From positions 1,366,001 through 1,430,000 of the forward strand of contig MU054391.1 in NCBI GenBank assembly GCA_013239625.1: a DNA stretch of 64,000 bases, read 5' to 3'. This DNA comes from Lama guanicoe. Taxonomy: Eukaryota. The notes under the pieces were generated by a model. The model worked only from the letters and a program-made list of their open reading frames with translations, was not told the origin of the DNA and did no database searches. The stretch's first letter is position 1. Every line of letters starts with the position of its first letter. Made by a program: the position numbers and the translations under genes. This document shows, piece after piece, positions 1 through 13,144 of this stretch.

Positions 1-769
1 GACACCCGGGACCTGAGTTTTTTCCTGGACACCTGAGTGCTCCTATGACTCCCTGGTTGCAGGGATGATGATAATATTGACAAGCTTTCTGAAGGACATC
101 ACCTTTCACTGGTCCATGTCAGAAACCACCACCATCACCCAAACTCCCCGCTCTTTTAAGAGCAAACACAGGACTGGGCATCCGGAGAGTGGGCTGTGGG
201 ACTTCGGACAAAGAGCCTCCCCTCTCAGGCATGTGTGACTTAAAGCAACTGGGCTGGATGGCGTCTCTGACAACTTCTAGCACTTTCCATGAGCCAAGCG
301 TGATGCCCAGTGGCCCTCTAGCCTACGCGGTGCCGTGGGTGCCAGGACCATGGGAGTCTCTGTAAGTGTGACATCTTGGACTAGATGCCAGCGCAGACAC
401 AGGAACTACAAGGATGGACTTGGTCCCCTTTATCTTGGGCTGACACATCGCACAAAGAGCAGAGCGGAAGGCGGCTTGAAGGAGGACTGGGCTCTTACAG
501 CTCAGACAGGGCAGAGAACACGTGAGCAGGACCACGGAGCCGGGAGGGAAGGAGCCCACTCAGGAAGCAGCAAGCACGCCCGCCATTCCCCGAGCCGCCA
601 GCCAGAGCAGCGAGTCGGGGCGCACAAACAGCAGAGACTCCAGAGTCAGGGTCCTCCGGGGAGCTGGTGACAGCGATCGGCCAGCGGAAGCGACGCTTGG
701 GCAAGCGAGGCGCCCTCTGTCCCTGATGGAGGGACACGCACATGCGTATTTCCGAACCCCTTTTCTTTT

Positions 770-1000
770 TTCCCAATAAACATCAGTTCACTACCAGGCA
801 CTGGGTCAGTGTCGGGGACCCAGAGATGAGTTAGACAAAGGGGTGCAGGAAGATGGGTCTCGAGGGCCTGCTGGGGAGGGTCTGACGTGCCCGAGGAGGA
901 AGGCTCTGCTTAACCGAGGGACGGTAGGAGCCAGTGAAGATTTCCGAGCAAAAGACTCACTGAGGCACGTTGTTAAGGCAATTAACCCGACAGCTGTGTC
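770..1000 (-). mobile_element. Degraded L2 LINE fragments
   Basis: Motifs such as CCAGGCACTGGG...GGGGACCCAGAGATGA and GGTAGGAGCCAGTGAAGATTT resemble antisense L2 3' region. Highly diverged. Confidence 0.4.
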
Positions 1001-1020
1001 AGTGGTGGGGCTGGTGCAGA

Positions 1021-1477
1021 CGCTCCCGAGTCCAGACTCGCTCTGCTCACCGCACGACAGGCCAATAAGTCGGGAGACAGTCCACTGTCCTGGAAGATCA
1101 CTTCCCCAACTCAGAATTCAGGCTCCTTTTATACTAAAAAAGGGAGGGGGTGTGATTGGTTGATGCAAACTTCTTGGTGTCGGAATCCTTTGTTCTTGCA
1201 GCCGTCCACCTGGGGCAGGTCACAATGTTCCTCTAAACCTCCAACAAGACGAATGTTATTTTCTATTCTGCAAATTTTCATCTCTACATGAAAGGAAAAG
1301 TGTCACACTCTTCAAGGTCAGAGCCTTGAGAAGGGGCTCTCCTGTAGATTTCAGGCTACAGGCGACATTCTTTTAAAAAAGGTGCAGACCCAGCCTGACA
1401 GCGCAGGAAGCAGAGCAGGGGGTTAGAGGTAAGGGAACTGCTCTAACAGGGAATCTGGTTTGTTCTTCCCTGTGACA
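1021..1477 (-). mobile_element. ERV1-type solo LTR (MER41-like cetartiodactyl family), with ~60-bp internal deletion
   Basis: Flanked by 4-bp TSD CAGA (1017-1020 and 1478-1481). Ends in TGTGACA. Minus-strand TATAAAA at 1127-1133. Colinear with the copy at 29791-30306. Confidence 0.85.
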
Positions 1478-2755
1478 CAGAGACCACGGCAGCCAGCCTG
1501 AGGAGAGACTGGGCAGAGAGGGCCGGAGTAAGGTGCATGGACGCTGTGCTGCTGGAAGGAGGAGGGCGGATGCTCGCAGAGTCGAGTCTGCCACCCTGGA
1601 TCTGGCAGACGCTGCGGGGCGCGCTGAGGCCCCTCCACGTCCTCCAGGTTGGGGGGTAGCGCTCACAGACGATCATCAGATCAAAAGGTTTCAGAGATGC
1701 TGACATCGCCCCACATCCTGGACTCGGTGTATTTTGACTGCTAGATTTGACACTTCATTATTTTTGGCCTTAAAGAACCATCAGTCTTGCTTCCTTGTGC
1801 TCCAAAAATAGAATAAACACACCAAAGCTGGCCACCGTAATCCAAAGGGGAAGAGAGAAAAGCAGAAGGAAGCGAGGTCATCCTGCTTCCTCTTGGCAGC
1901 TGTCTGTTTCCAGATGGGATCCCTGAGCATCTATTTTTCAAACACCTCAGTCCCTGAATTAAGCATCTGCTGCCCGGCCCGAGTGCCTCCTGAACCGGAA
2001 TGCGGGCAGCGCACAGCCAGGGCCACACCTGCCCCTTCCGCTCTCGCCCCCGTCACAATGGGGCCACCAGCCACATGACCCGGAGACGGGGTGAGCACTA
2101 ATGTCTTCAAACTCCAAGCCTGCTGTGGTTTTCCTCACAACTGCTCACGTTCTCCATTGAGGCGGAAAAAAGAGCCATCCGTTCTAGAGGGAAAAAAAAA
2201 ATCCAAAAACTTCACTTTGCCCCCTTTCCACGGTGGCGTCTTTTCTTTTCTTTTATAAATAACAAGCTTAATCAACTATCTTTCCTTTATGTGCCCGTGG
2301 AGGGTTTCTTTCAGGGTGAAATACTGTCATATTTTTAAGTGTTTGCTTTTAAGTTGTCGGCTAAATAGACATCCTCCCTGAGGACCTACCAATAGTAGGC
2401 TTGGCTCCGAAAACTCTCATGCAGGAAGCCCCTCGGACGGTAAGCTGGGGTTTGTCAGATGATGACTGAATGTGGGCGGGTGCAGCCACGCTGCTTCCAA
2501 CAGGAACAGGGAGCTGGGGACCCACAGCCCCTGCCTCTGGTGCTGTGACTGAATGGGAGGCGAAAACGCTTTTTAACAGAAGCCAGAAAGTAATCCAAAA
2601 CCAGCAAATGAAGGGCTAAAGTGAGGAAGTCACGCAGCGCTCGGGGAGGCTTCCCACTGCAGCCTCCCTGTGCCAAAGCTCTGAGAGACGGGACTCATCC
2701 TGATGCCGGCCAGGCTGCAGCCACCGCATTCCACACCGCCGCTGAAAGAGAATTA

Positions 2756-2930
2756 CCATATTTCCTTGATTCCAAGATGCCATCAATTATAAGATGCACC
2801 ATCTATTCAAGAACAGCTTTTCGGGGGGGGGGGAAGACCCTGTCAAAAGCAACCATCAATTACCAGCCGCGTTCAGATTTCCGAAACATTCACAGGTGAA
2901 ATATATGCACCTTAGAATCAAGAAATACGG
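2756..2930. mobile_element. Non-autonomous DNA transposon (MITE), MER96/MER96B-like
   Basis: ~25-bp terminal inverted repeats (CCATATTTCCTTGATTCCAAGATGC ... GCACCTTAGAATCAAGAAATACGG), flanked by TA on both sides (2754-2755, 2931-2932). Confidence 0.8.
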
Positions 2931-5124
2931 TATTTTAATTCCAAGGTCACCATCAATTACTCACTTTAAAAGACTTTGGCCAAATGGGCTCACTGGCACG
3001 GGGTCATCCTGCCGGGACACTGGCAGGGCTGCACTGGAGGAGGAAGCAGAGCATTTGTCGGGGAGCCAAAGAAAAGAAAAGATTCCAAAGAAAGAAGCTG
3101 TGAACGGCTTAAAATTGTTTCACAAAAATATTAAGATTTATCTCCAGCATGTAACCTCCTGTGAACAAGCATGGCTATATGACATGGAAGCACAGGGCGG
3201 GCACTCGGCAAACGAGAAGAAGCAGCACCTGTCTTATTCGCCGTTCTGTCTCCCGGTGCCTGCCTTGCACGGCGTGAACAGGGAAGGCTTGCTGAACGAA
3301 GGTGTGTTTGTTGAGCGGATGGTAAGATCAAGCGCTGGATTAACCACCAGGCGTAGTGAGTTCACATCCAGATTTCAGGGCTCATCCCTTCCCGCTAATC
3401 TGGAACCTCTGCATCCTCTCACCCCGGCCTCGCCCCCGGCCCCGATCTCCCTGCCGTCCGCCACTCCCGCCTGTCTGGCTCCGGTCCTTCCTGCTCTGGT
3501 CCCTCCGGCTGGACGCAGAGGCAACGCATCAGTTGTGTGGTTTTTAAACCTCCCATAAATCCCCATAAGAGCAGAGTAACTTGCACAGCAAAACCAGAGA
3601 TGCTCAGACAACAGCTTCACCAAAGCTGGGTAACAAGTGGCCCCATGAACCCCAACATGTGATTCATGGGCTGGTGCTAAGCCATCGACAGTGACCACTG
3701 CCAGGTGTTGTGGGCAGGTGGCCATGGATATCTGACAGCCAGGTACTCACTGGGGAGGAACGGTGTCCCTGTTGGGTCTTCTGAGAGCAGGCCTGGGCGG
3801 GGCAGCAGGCATGCCGGGTGCCCATCCCAGGAGCTGAACCCACACACCCCGGAGGGGAGACACTGGAATGGAGGAAAAGCGTTTGGATGGAAGTGGGAGG
3901 AAAACCCAGGCAGATACCTGACCTGCTCCTTTGGAGCCTGCTCCAAACCAACCAACTGTTAAATATATATAAACAGAAAAGTAACCGGACACGGGCTGGC
4001 TGCACTAGGAAGAAATCATCGCCAGCCACGCCAGGCACAATCGCAGTGTTGTTTGAAAGTATCCTTATCTGATCGTCACCCCAAAACAGTCAAGGACAAG
4101 AGCTGGGATGTCTGGGGTTTGCTGTCAAAGTTGCGTGGGAGGAGGAAACAGCTGTGCTAGTAACTGCCGGAGCTGTGGATAGTAAACCAAGCCGTACTTG
4201 GGGGTTGATTTGCTGTTCTTTTGCGTATATTTCAAATTTTCCAAACAAAAAATATTTTTTTAATAAACCGCAATTTTGACCACATTGCAAGTCTACTGAA
4301 GACGCTTTACTAACTCCCCCTTAACCTCCAATGCACCCTCGTACCGTTGACCAACGCCCGGTCTAGGGACATCCACGCCTCTGGTCACGCCGTTCCGGCT
4401 GCCGGACACGTGCCACCAGCGCGAGCCCTTCCTCCAGAACCAGGCTCAAACACCTGCCGCCTGCGGGGAGCCCTCCTGGCGCCCTGGGCTGGGCTGCCGC
4501 GGGGACTGGCATCCTCACCGCGACACGCCGCCCGCCGCACACGGCAGCGGTGGGACAGGAGCCCCGCTGCTGCTGTCCAGGTCTCCGCTCTGAGCAGGGG
4601 GCCCCGCACACAGCGGCCGCGCAGCGCCTGCGGGCTGGGCTGGGACGAGTTTTCTCGGGAGTTCTGTCCAGCATCCACACCAAACTCATTCCGCTCTTTC
4701 AGATGCTGACACCTTGCAGGGCGTGCAAATCGGTAAGAACTGAAAGCAAAACAGCAAGAAAACCCCAAAAAGTGTTTCTCTCTTTCAGTTCTAGGGATTT
4801 TTATTCAGAAGGGACTCTCAGAAACCCACAGAAAGGCACACAGAAGAACGTTCAGTAACGGAAGGCATCTTAAACTTCACCTCTAAGCATCATTCCTGCA
4901 GCGGATGTTAGGCAGCCGTTCATAACCGCCTCTTAGCAGAACGCTGTGTGGCGTGGGGGCTGCCGAAGAGTTATTACAAAGCAGCAACAGTACGTCATGA
5001 ATCAGTATATTTAATACAACACAGCTGAATCATAAAAACATTCAACTAGAAAAATGCTGGAAGAAGATATCCCTAAATATTCAGAGGTTTGCCCTGAAGT
5101 TGTAAGATGAGAGGGTTTTTGTGT

Positions 5125-8100
5125 TTTTAATTAAAGCAATGACCTGTACTTATTTAGGAAAGTTTTAGATTTACAGGAAAATCGAGCTGAGAGGACAATG
5201 AATTCTCATGACTCTGTCACCCCGCCACAGAGGCTTCTGTACTATTACCATCTCCCACCGTTACAACTGGTAAGCCAGTATTGTTAACACTGTTATTACT
5301 CAGCATCCTTGGTTTACTCTAGGGGTTGCTCTGTGTTGTGCAGTCCATGGATTTTGACAAACGCATAGCTATGTGACCATCATCACAGCACCACACAGAC
5401 TGCTCTCACAGCCCCAAAACTCCCCCTGCTCCACCTAATCACACCCTCCCCACCACTGACGTTTTTATCTTTTCAGCACTGATCTCTTTACTGTCTCCAC
5501 AGTTTTGCCGTTTGCAGAGTGTTGCATAGTTGGAATCACAGCGTGGAGCATGTTCAGACTGGCTTCTTCCACTGAGCAGTACGGGTTCAATGTTCCCCTG
5601 TGTCCTTCTGTGGCTTAAAAGCTGATTTCTTTTGATCACAGAATCATACTCCATTGTCTGCTTGTACCACCCACTGAAGGACAGCATGGCTGCTTCCAAT
5701 TTTTGGCAATTATGAACAAAGCTGCTGTAAGCATTCGTGTTCGGGGCTTGTGTGGACGTGCGTTTTCAGCTCCTTTGGTAAACATCAAGGGGTCCTGCTG
5801 CTGGATCACGTGGTAAGAGCACGCTTAGTTTTGCCACAAACTGCCTCCCGAAGTGTCTAAACCATGTTCTGTCCCCACCAGCCATGGGTGAGAGCTCCTG
5901 CCACTCCGCACCCTTGCCAGCATTTGGCGGCGCCAGGGCCCCGGGTTACAACCATTCCGGTGTGCAGCGCTGTCTCACCGTTGCAGTCTGCGTCTCTCTG
6001 ACGACACAACGTGGGCATCTTCCCACCGCTTATTTGCTGTGTGTGCGTCTCCTTGGGTGAGGTGTCTGTTCAGGATTTTTCCCCACTTTCCACTTGGGTT
6101 GTTTGGTTTGCTGTTTTGTTTTGTTTTAAATGTTGAGTTTTAACAGTTCTTTGTGCATTTCGGATGCAAGTCCTTTACAAAATGTGCCTTTTGCAAATAT
6201 TTCCTCCTAATCTGGGTTTTTATTTTCATTCTCTTACCAGTGTCTTTTGCACACCAGAAGTTTTCACTTGGTCAAGTCCGATATCAATTTTTCCTCTCCT
6301 GGACGGTGCCTTTGGTATCATACCTAAGAAGTCATCACCAAACCACTTTAACCTAGAATTCCTGTGTTGTTTTCCAGAAGCTGCTTTGGTCTTGCCTTTG
6401 GTATGTAGATCTGTGACCCACTACGAGTTAATTCCGGTGACAGATGTGAGAACTGTGTCTGGGTTCATCTTCGTATGTGGATGCCCAGCGGATCCAGAAC
6501 CGCTTGCTGAAACTGTTATCCTTTCTCCACTGAAGTGCCCTCGGCCCTTTACCAACACCAGCTCACTGTACACATATACGTGTGTGTGTCTGTCTGTCTG
6601 TGGCCCTCTTCTCTGCTCCACTGACCCATTTGTCTAGTCTTTTTCCAAACTACACTGTCTTAAATACGGTATCTTTGTGGGAAGCCTTGAAGTCAGGCAG
6701 TGCCAGTCCTCCAGCTTGGTAATCCTTTAATGTGCCGCTGGCTGTCCTGTCTTTGCCTTTCTCTATAAACTCTAGAGCCCACATGATGATGCCCACAGGT
6801 AGCTTGCTGAGACTTCGCTGGGGCTGCACTGACGGCGCAGATCAAGCTGGGAAGAGCTGCATCACAATAATGCTGCGTCTTCCTCCACAGTAACATGGGT
6901 TCTCCCCGCGTTGATCTACCTCTTTGATTTCTTTCATCAGGGTTTTATAGTTTTCTCATGTAGACCTTGTACATATTCATACCTAAGTATTTCTTTCTTT
7001 CTTGGTATTAGTGTAGGTGGTGTTTTAAGCTTTGAATCCTAATTATTCATTGATAATATTTGAGAAAGCAATGAACACTGTGCGTTAACCTTGCATCCTG
7101 CAGCCTTGCTATAATTGCTCACTCGTTTCAGGAGCTTTTGTTCTCGATTCTTTGGAATTTGCTACATAGACGGTCATGCCATCTGCAAATGAAGGTAGTT
7201 TTATTTCTTCCTTCCCAGTCAGAATGCCTTCCACTTCCTTTTGTGTCTTATTGCACTAGCTAGGGTTCGTGTACAATGTCCAGCAAGAATGGTGGAAAGG
7301 GACGTGCCTGCCTCGTGCCCCGTGTCAGGGAGACAGCACCTGAGCGTCCTTCCCCGCCTTCTTTCAAGAATTTCTCTTCATCTTTGATTCTCTGCAGTTT
7401 GAATATGACATGCTTAGGCGTACGTTTTTCGCTGTGTATCCTGTTTAATATTCTCAGAGCATCCATGATCAGAGGTTTGACGTCTGCAAAGAATTTTAGA
7501 AAATTCTCGGCCATTATTACTTCAAATTTCCTCCTGTGCTTCCCTCTCACTCCCCTCCTTCTGGTGTTCCCTCTACACACACGCCACACCTTTGATTATG
7601 CCCCACACTTCTTTGATATTCTGTTCTCTTTTTTTCGTTCTTTTTTCTCTTCCCTTTTTCGTTCGAGAAGTTTCTATGGACATGCCCTCAAGCTCACTAG
7701 TTCTCCCCTCAGCTGAGTCCGCGGTGCCAATGGGCCACCAAAGGCGTGTCTTATGCCCATCATGTTCGAGGTTTCTAGCTCTCCTTTACCTCTTCCTTGG
7801 AGACGGCAGCTCTGCCTGCACGGCCTGTCCGTTTTTGCACACCACCTACCGTGTCCTTCACAGCCCGTAGCATATTCATTGGTTGTTTCATTCTACTTAT
7901 TTCTATTACAATCGTAGTTATTTTAAATTTCTGGTCTAACAATTCTAAAATCTCTGCCAGATCTGAGTCTGGTCCTGATACCGGAAGCGCCCCTCTGAAC
8001 CGTGGTTTTGTCTTTTAGTATGCCTTGTGACTGTTTGTGAAGATGGACGTGACACACTGGGTGAGTGGGACTGAAGTAAGCCGACCTTTAGCGTGAGGTG

Positions 8101-8480
8101 CTGTGTTCATCCGGCCAGGAGGTGGACTGTGTTTACTCTGCAGGAGCCGGAGTGGACTGTGTTTACTCTGCAGGAGCCGTGGGTTCAGAGCCTATTTTCC
8201 CCCTAACGTCCTTGTTTTCGTCCCTCCAAGGTTTCCTTGGAGACGCCGCCTTAAGTAGGGACTCAGACCTGCAGTCTTATGAGACGCACTCTTGCACTGT
8301 GCAGGGGCCACTGATGGGGGGAGGGTACTAGGGATGGGACGCGTTCTGCAATCCCAAGATTAGGTTTCAGCTTTTACTGAGTTTATGCCCCTGGTCTGTG
8401 ACCTTCACAAGCACCTCTCAGTCTTTTTTTTTTTTCCCAACCACATATGTGAGACAGGAAGGCTGGTATGGGCTGGAGTT
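5125..8480 (-). mobile_element. Old LINE-1 (L1MC-like): 3'UTR and ORF2 3' half joined across a large internal deletion (~7340) to ORF1 and 5' remnants
   Basis: Antisense L1 3'UTR/ORF2 hallmarks (TTGGCAATTATGAACAAAGCTGCT, CCATCTGCAAATGAAGGTAGTTTTATTTCTTCC). ORF 7260..7589(-) reads FEVIMAENFLK...RTPKHVIFKLQRIKDEEKFLK, like L1 ORF1p. Confidence 0.9.
8122..8179. repeat. Tandem duplication, 30-bp period, 2 copies
   Basis: GTGGACTGTGTTTACTCTGCAGGAGCCG at 8122-8149 and 8152-8179. Confidence 0.95.
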
Positions 8481-8799
8481 TTCAATAAGCTCAGATAGTC
8501 CTGCGGGTTCTGAAATCAACCCTCCCATCATTGAAATGCTTTCTTAGACTATTAAACATAGTCCTTCAAAGATCCCGCCTCTCCTTCCACTTTCTCTGTA
8601 TGCACCATTGCAAAGGATGCCACAGGCATCAAGGTCCACGGTGTGCCCAGCAGGCGAGCGCTAACACTGCACCAAATGACACATTTCCTTGGGTCTTCCT
8701 GCTATGTGGAAGGGAAGTGGTGAGTTTCAAGGAGGCACCCGGGAAACTGGTCTAGCAGAAACACCAAACTATCACCAACTGCAGTTTACTGAGCGCCTC

Positions 8800-8977
8800 C
8801 ACTCTCTCACCTGTAGGTTATGTAGGGCAGAGCTCTCTGGCCTTTATTACGGGCACTAATGCCACCCATGCAGTCCCCACCCTCATGACCTCATCGTCTC
8901 CCAAAGGCCCAACACCTTGGGGTCAGGCTTCAAAGTATGAATTTGGGGGTGGGTGGACACGAACTTCCAGTCCGTCA
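8800..8977 (-). mobile_element. MaLR LTR fragment (MLT1A-C/MST-like)
   Basis: GGGCACTAATGCCACCCATG...CCCTCATGACCTCATC...CCCAAAGGCCC...TATGAATTTGGGGG is the reverse complement of the typical MLT1 5' end. Confidence 0.75.
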
Positions 8978-11900
8978 TAGGCTCCTGTTCCTGTATTGCT
9001 GTCACCTAGCCTGGCACAGCCAAGGTCTAGAAGAGTCACCTACCACATCGCTGCCCACCTGTAGTCAGATAGTAAGAGCTGAACGCGTCCTAGTCCTCAC
9101 ACAACGACTGCTCACATGCTGCCTCGGGTGCACCTCAGTGCTGCCGCATCGGAACCAGGACCATCACAGATTTTATAGATTCCTAAGAAACCGGGGCGTG
9201 AGGGTGAGGGGTTTGCCTCCCTGGGCAGTCACGGGCGGACTGAGGTCAGGACTCTCAGGTCCGAATTCCCGCTGTGGACGCTCACCCGCAGCACCCTAGC
9301 ACTGCAGAAGGTGAGTTCGGCTTCCTTGGTTCCACCCACGGAAATTTACTACTCAGCACGCCAGGTGGGCCTCAGCCTAACTCTTTGATCTCTCTAACAC
9401 AACCCAGTTTTTGGAGCCCAATAGATAATCAGGGCAGTCTGTTTCTCCCGCTGTGATGCATTTTTTGGGTCAGGAAGAAGAGAAGGCATGAGCGCTGTTA
9501 AGTATCCAGCTGGCACCACATAACTCATCTCCAACCATTTCTATTTTAAACTTGGGGAAATTTTCTTGGCAAAGATACCATCAATCCTACTGGCAGACAA
9601 AGCGGCCTCTTCCCCAGAATGTCAGAACTCCTCTTTGACATGCACATTATTATGTTTGCTGTGGGACGCGGACATGTTATTAAAAGCCACTTGTTCGTTC
9701 CGCATTTCCTCAGCCCCCGCGTCTCCCCGGGGGCCTGGCCCGCCAGAGCCTCGTCCCGGACAGAGTAGATACAAGACGCGGGCCCAGTACTTCTAAAATC
9801 AGAAGATAAAATGTGCACTTTTAGACTGAAGAAAAGGTCTTAACATATAGTATTAACATATTCATTTTTATACCAATAAAGTCATAAAATACAATTTGGC
9901 GACTTTTCTTTCAACTGAACGTGAGCCTGCGTCTCTGAGGAGAGCATCTCCCTGGTTGGTGAGGCTTTCACGGGACAACCAGAGGGCTCCCCAAATCACA
10001 CGTCCGCTGCCGCCGCGCTCGGAGCACCCCGGGCCCCGGTGGCTCGGTCCTGCCCCGTCAGCATCTCGCTGCGTGTCCCGCGGGCCCTTCAGGGAAGTCA
10101 CTCCCGCCCCTGCAGTGCCATCTCAACGGGCTGCGTGAGGGGGGAGAGGGCAGTGAGCAGGGTAAATGGCCACTTCGGAAGGAAACCCTGACAGAGCGAG
10201 ACGGTTCACTCCGAGTCACCGTGCGGCTGTCTATGGACACCTTTTAAATCAGAGCTGAGATTGCGCTCGGAGCACCTGGGACGTTCAGAAGGAGCGTGTG
10301 ACAACCTCACAGTGAGGCAAGATCTCAAGATACACCTTCACTGCCAGGCCTTCCACGGTACAAACACTCAGCTCACATTTCATGATCCAGAAGAAAAATG
10401 ACGACACGTGATCAGCGCACAGCAGCACCGAGAATTCAGTCCTGGCTCCTCGGACAAACTCCTCACTCCTCTGGACTTCGGCTGCCAGTCCACAGGCAGG
10501 AGCAAAAATCCCCGGCCTTGCAGGGAGCTTTGGCCTCTGGCAAAGGGCCGCCAGGCTGCAAGTTCTGAAGCTAATGCCACGACTTTGCCACCGTGCCCAG
10601 GAAGCTGTGGAAGTGAGCGGCAGGCCAAAGGGAGGGGTGGCCGTGCTACAGGCGGCACAGAGGAAGAGCCACGCCGTGCGGTTCTGACTTTTGTCCTGGC
10701 AAAGCTGCAGACGGCTCCGCGGGGGCTCCGTTTGCTGTCGACAAGTCCATCCCAGTGTCTCCCCAGTGGGAGCGCCCCACCCCCCACACGCTCCAAGGCA
10801 CCTCCCCAAACCCCGCTCCAGGCGGCCCCGTGAAAGCCCGCGTCAGAAGAAGCCTAATGAAAGGACCAGAGCTTCACACGCGGGAGGACCTTGTGCGAGT
10901 GTGTGTGTGTGTGCGCACGCCCGTGTATCTGACTCACTCCCACAGCAGCTGTGAAAGTCACTGTTGTCAGGGTGCTAGAGCGACACGCTCAGTGTTCAGC
11001 TGCGCAGAGTCACAGCCAGGCTGCGCGCCCACGCCTCCTGCTCTGGGGCGTGCACCTTCCCCGGCAGCGCCAGCTGCTGCATCCCCACTGGTGGCGGGCC
11101 CTGCACACGCTCTCCCTACTGAGCACTTCTGCTTCATCAGCCCCTTCTTCCTCCACAAAAATGAGATTAAAATTATATTTTATGACTTCATCCTATAATG
11201 ACAGAGATATTAAATAGTATTGGTTTAAACGTTTTCTTCCATCCGAAAGTTCATTTTGGAAAAAAAAAAAAAGAAAAGGAAATTTTTTTTTAACTTTTGC
11301 CCCGTGGAAACAGTGCAATTAAAGAAAGTAAGTTATCAACTAAAACAACACAAAACCTTGTATAACAGAGCCTGAAAGTAAGCCACCAACCAAATTGCTA
11401 AAAGCAAAAAATTCCAGAAACGAACAGGGAGCCGGCCCCACCGCTACCCCACCCCCCAACCCCAGGCGCCCGGGCCCCCCTGCCTGCGCTGGTCCCTGCA
11501 CCGCCCTCGTGGCAGCAGGCTGTGACCTGGGCTCGCTCCTCCGGCTGGACACTCACCTGCCTCCTCTGAGGGGTGAGGGGGAGTCTCCCCTTCCCGTCCC
11601 CGGGACCACGTCGCACACGGGTGACCGATAAAACCTGGAGCAGAAGTGCCCGCACTCCCCCCAGGCCGCCAGCTCAGCTGGGACTCACCACCGAGCCGCT
11701 GGCCTAGGGGGGACGGCCCAGCCACCGCCTGCACCCTGAGACTCACCCCCCCTGCGCTTACCACCTGCCCCTCCTGCAGCAGGCCTGCTTTTCTCTCTTC
11801 GTGGCTGAGACACACAGGCCTGGAGCATCACTTTCTACTACTCGTCACGTTTTGAGCCACAAGGCCTGAGGGCGCAGGCTTCTGTGGCATCGCGGGGACA

Positions 11901-13144
11901 GTCAGCAAATGTCAAGGAGTGAATGTCTAATCAGCTCCTGCCGCCCCCCGCGGGGCCCACTCCCTGCGCCGCTCAGCCCCTGCAGCCTCCTCCTCCTTGC
12001 CGTCACATGGCGGGAAGGCGGGCCACCCACCCCTGGTTCTTCCCTTTCCCCTGGACTCTGCATCTGAAAGGTTTCCAGCAGACAGTCATCTGCTTTGGTG
12101 GCCTGGCCGGCTCCTCAGAGACCAGATTCTGGGAGCTGGGGCCACCTACCCCCACCCGCTGCACTGAGCTTTCTGACTCCTCTCCCTTCCAAAAGGGTGC
12201 TTTGTCTTTTCTCCTTGCCTCTGTGGGACCACCTGGGCCTCCCCCTTCTCTTTCCTCCTGCGACTGTCTCAAGACCCCGGCAGCCCTCCCCTCGCATCCG
12301 TCTGGGCGTGAATGAAAAGCCGGGGCCCACGCCTGGCTTCAGGGAGGAGCCCGGCCTGCACCGCGTGTGGATGACCCCACGCTGGTCCTGGATAGCTCGG
12401 CGCAAGGTGTCTTCCCGCGTTCAGTATGCAGGGGCTGGAGGGGGTTGGGGGGCTTCACCGCCTGGGTGCCAGGTGGCCTGTCCTGCAGGCTGGGGCTGCC
12501 CCTGCTCCCAGGGCAGCCTCACTGTGAGCTGGGGGTGTGGATCTGAACCAGCCCTGCACCTCTCTAAGCTTTATTCCTGGAATCATGAGCAAATTTTTAG
12601 ACCTAACTTCTCAGAATGACCCTCCATCCTCCTAACACACACCTGAGGTCACGGCCCCTCTTGCCAGCAGCTCCCTACATGTGGCAGGTGCCTGCATGTA
12701 TCTGCTGAGTGACACCAGTGTCACCCTGTCTTGTCCTCCAGGACTGCAGGAACTCTGGTTCCAGGCAGCTTGCATCTCAGCCTCTAGAGCAAAGGAAGAC
12801 ACATGTAAAAGGCTTTGCAGTGGACAGTACACACTGTCGGCCACACCCCACAACCCCACACCGTCCCCTGAGTCTCCCCACGGAGCCCCCACCAGCCTCA
12901 CCGCCCCCATCCTCCATGGGACATCATTCCCACCCTCCTCCCTCCCTGCCCCAGGACCCTGAGAAGCTCAAGCGGGGGTCTGCACTGCAGTCCAGGCCTT
13001 CCTCCCACCAGGGGCCCCAGCCAGCTCCCTCCTGGGTCCGAGACGAGCCCCTCCCAGTATCACACTCCCAGGCAGAGGTTCCTGCTTCTATTCACACTGA
13101 AAACGCAGGCCGCAGACCTCCTGTCCACCCCTGGGACTGGGTGG

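Noticed and set aside
2794..3558. Longest ORF (254 aa, +) and a possible exon at 3148-3321
   Set aside because: It starts inside a MITE, has no recognisable domain and ends in a Pro-rich low-complexity tail. The internal segment resembles a decayed L2 end.
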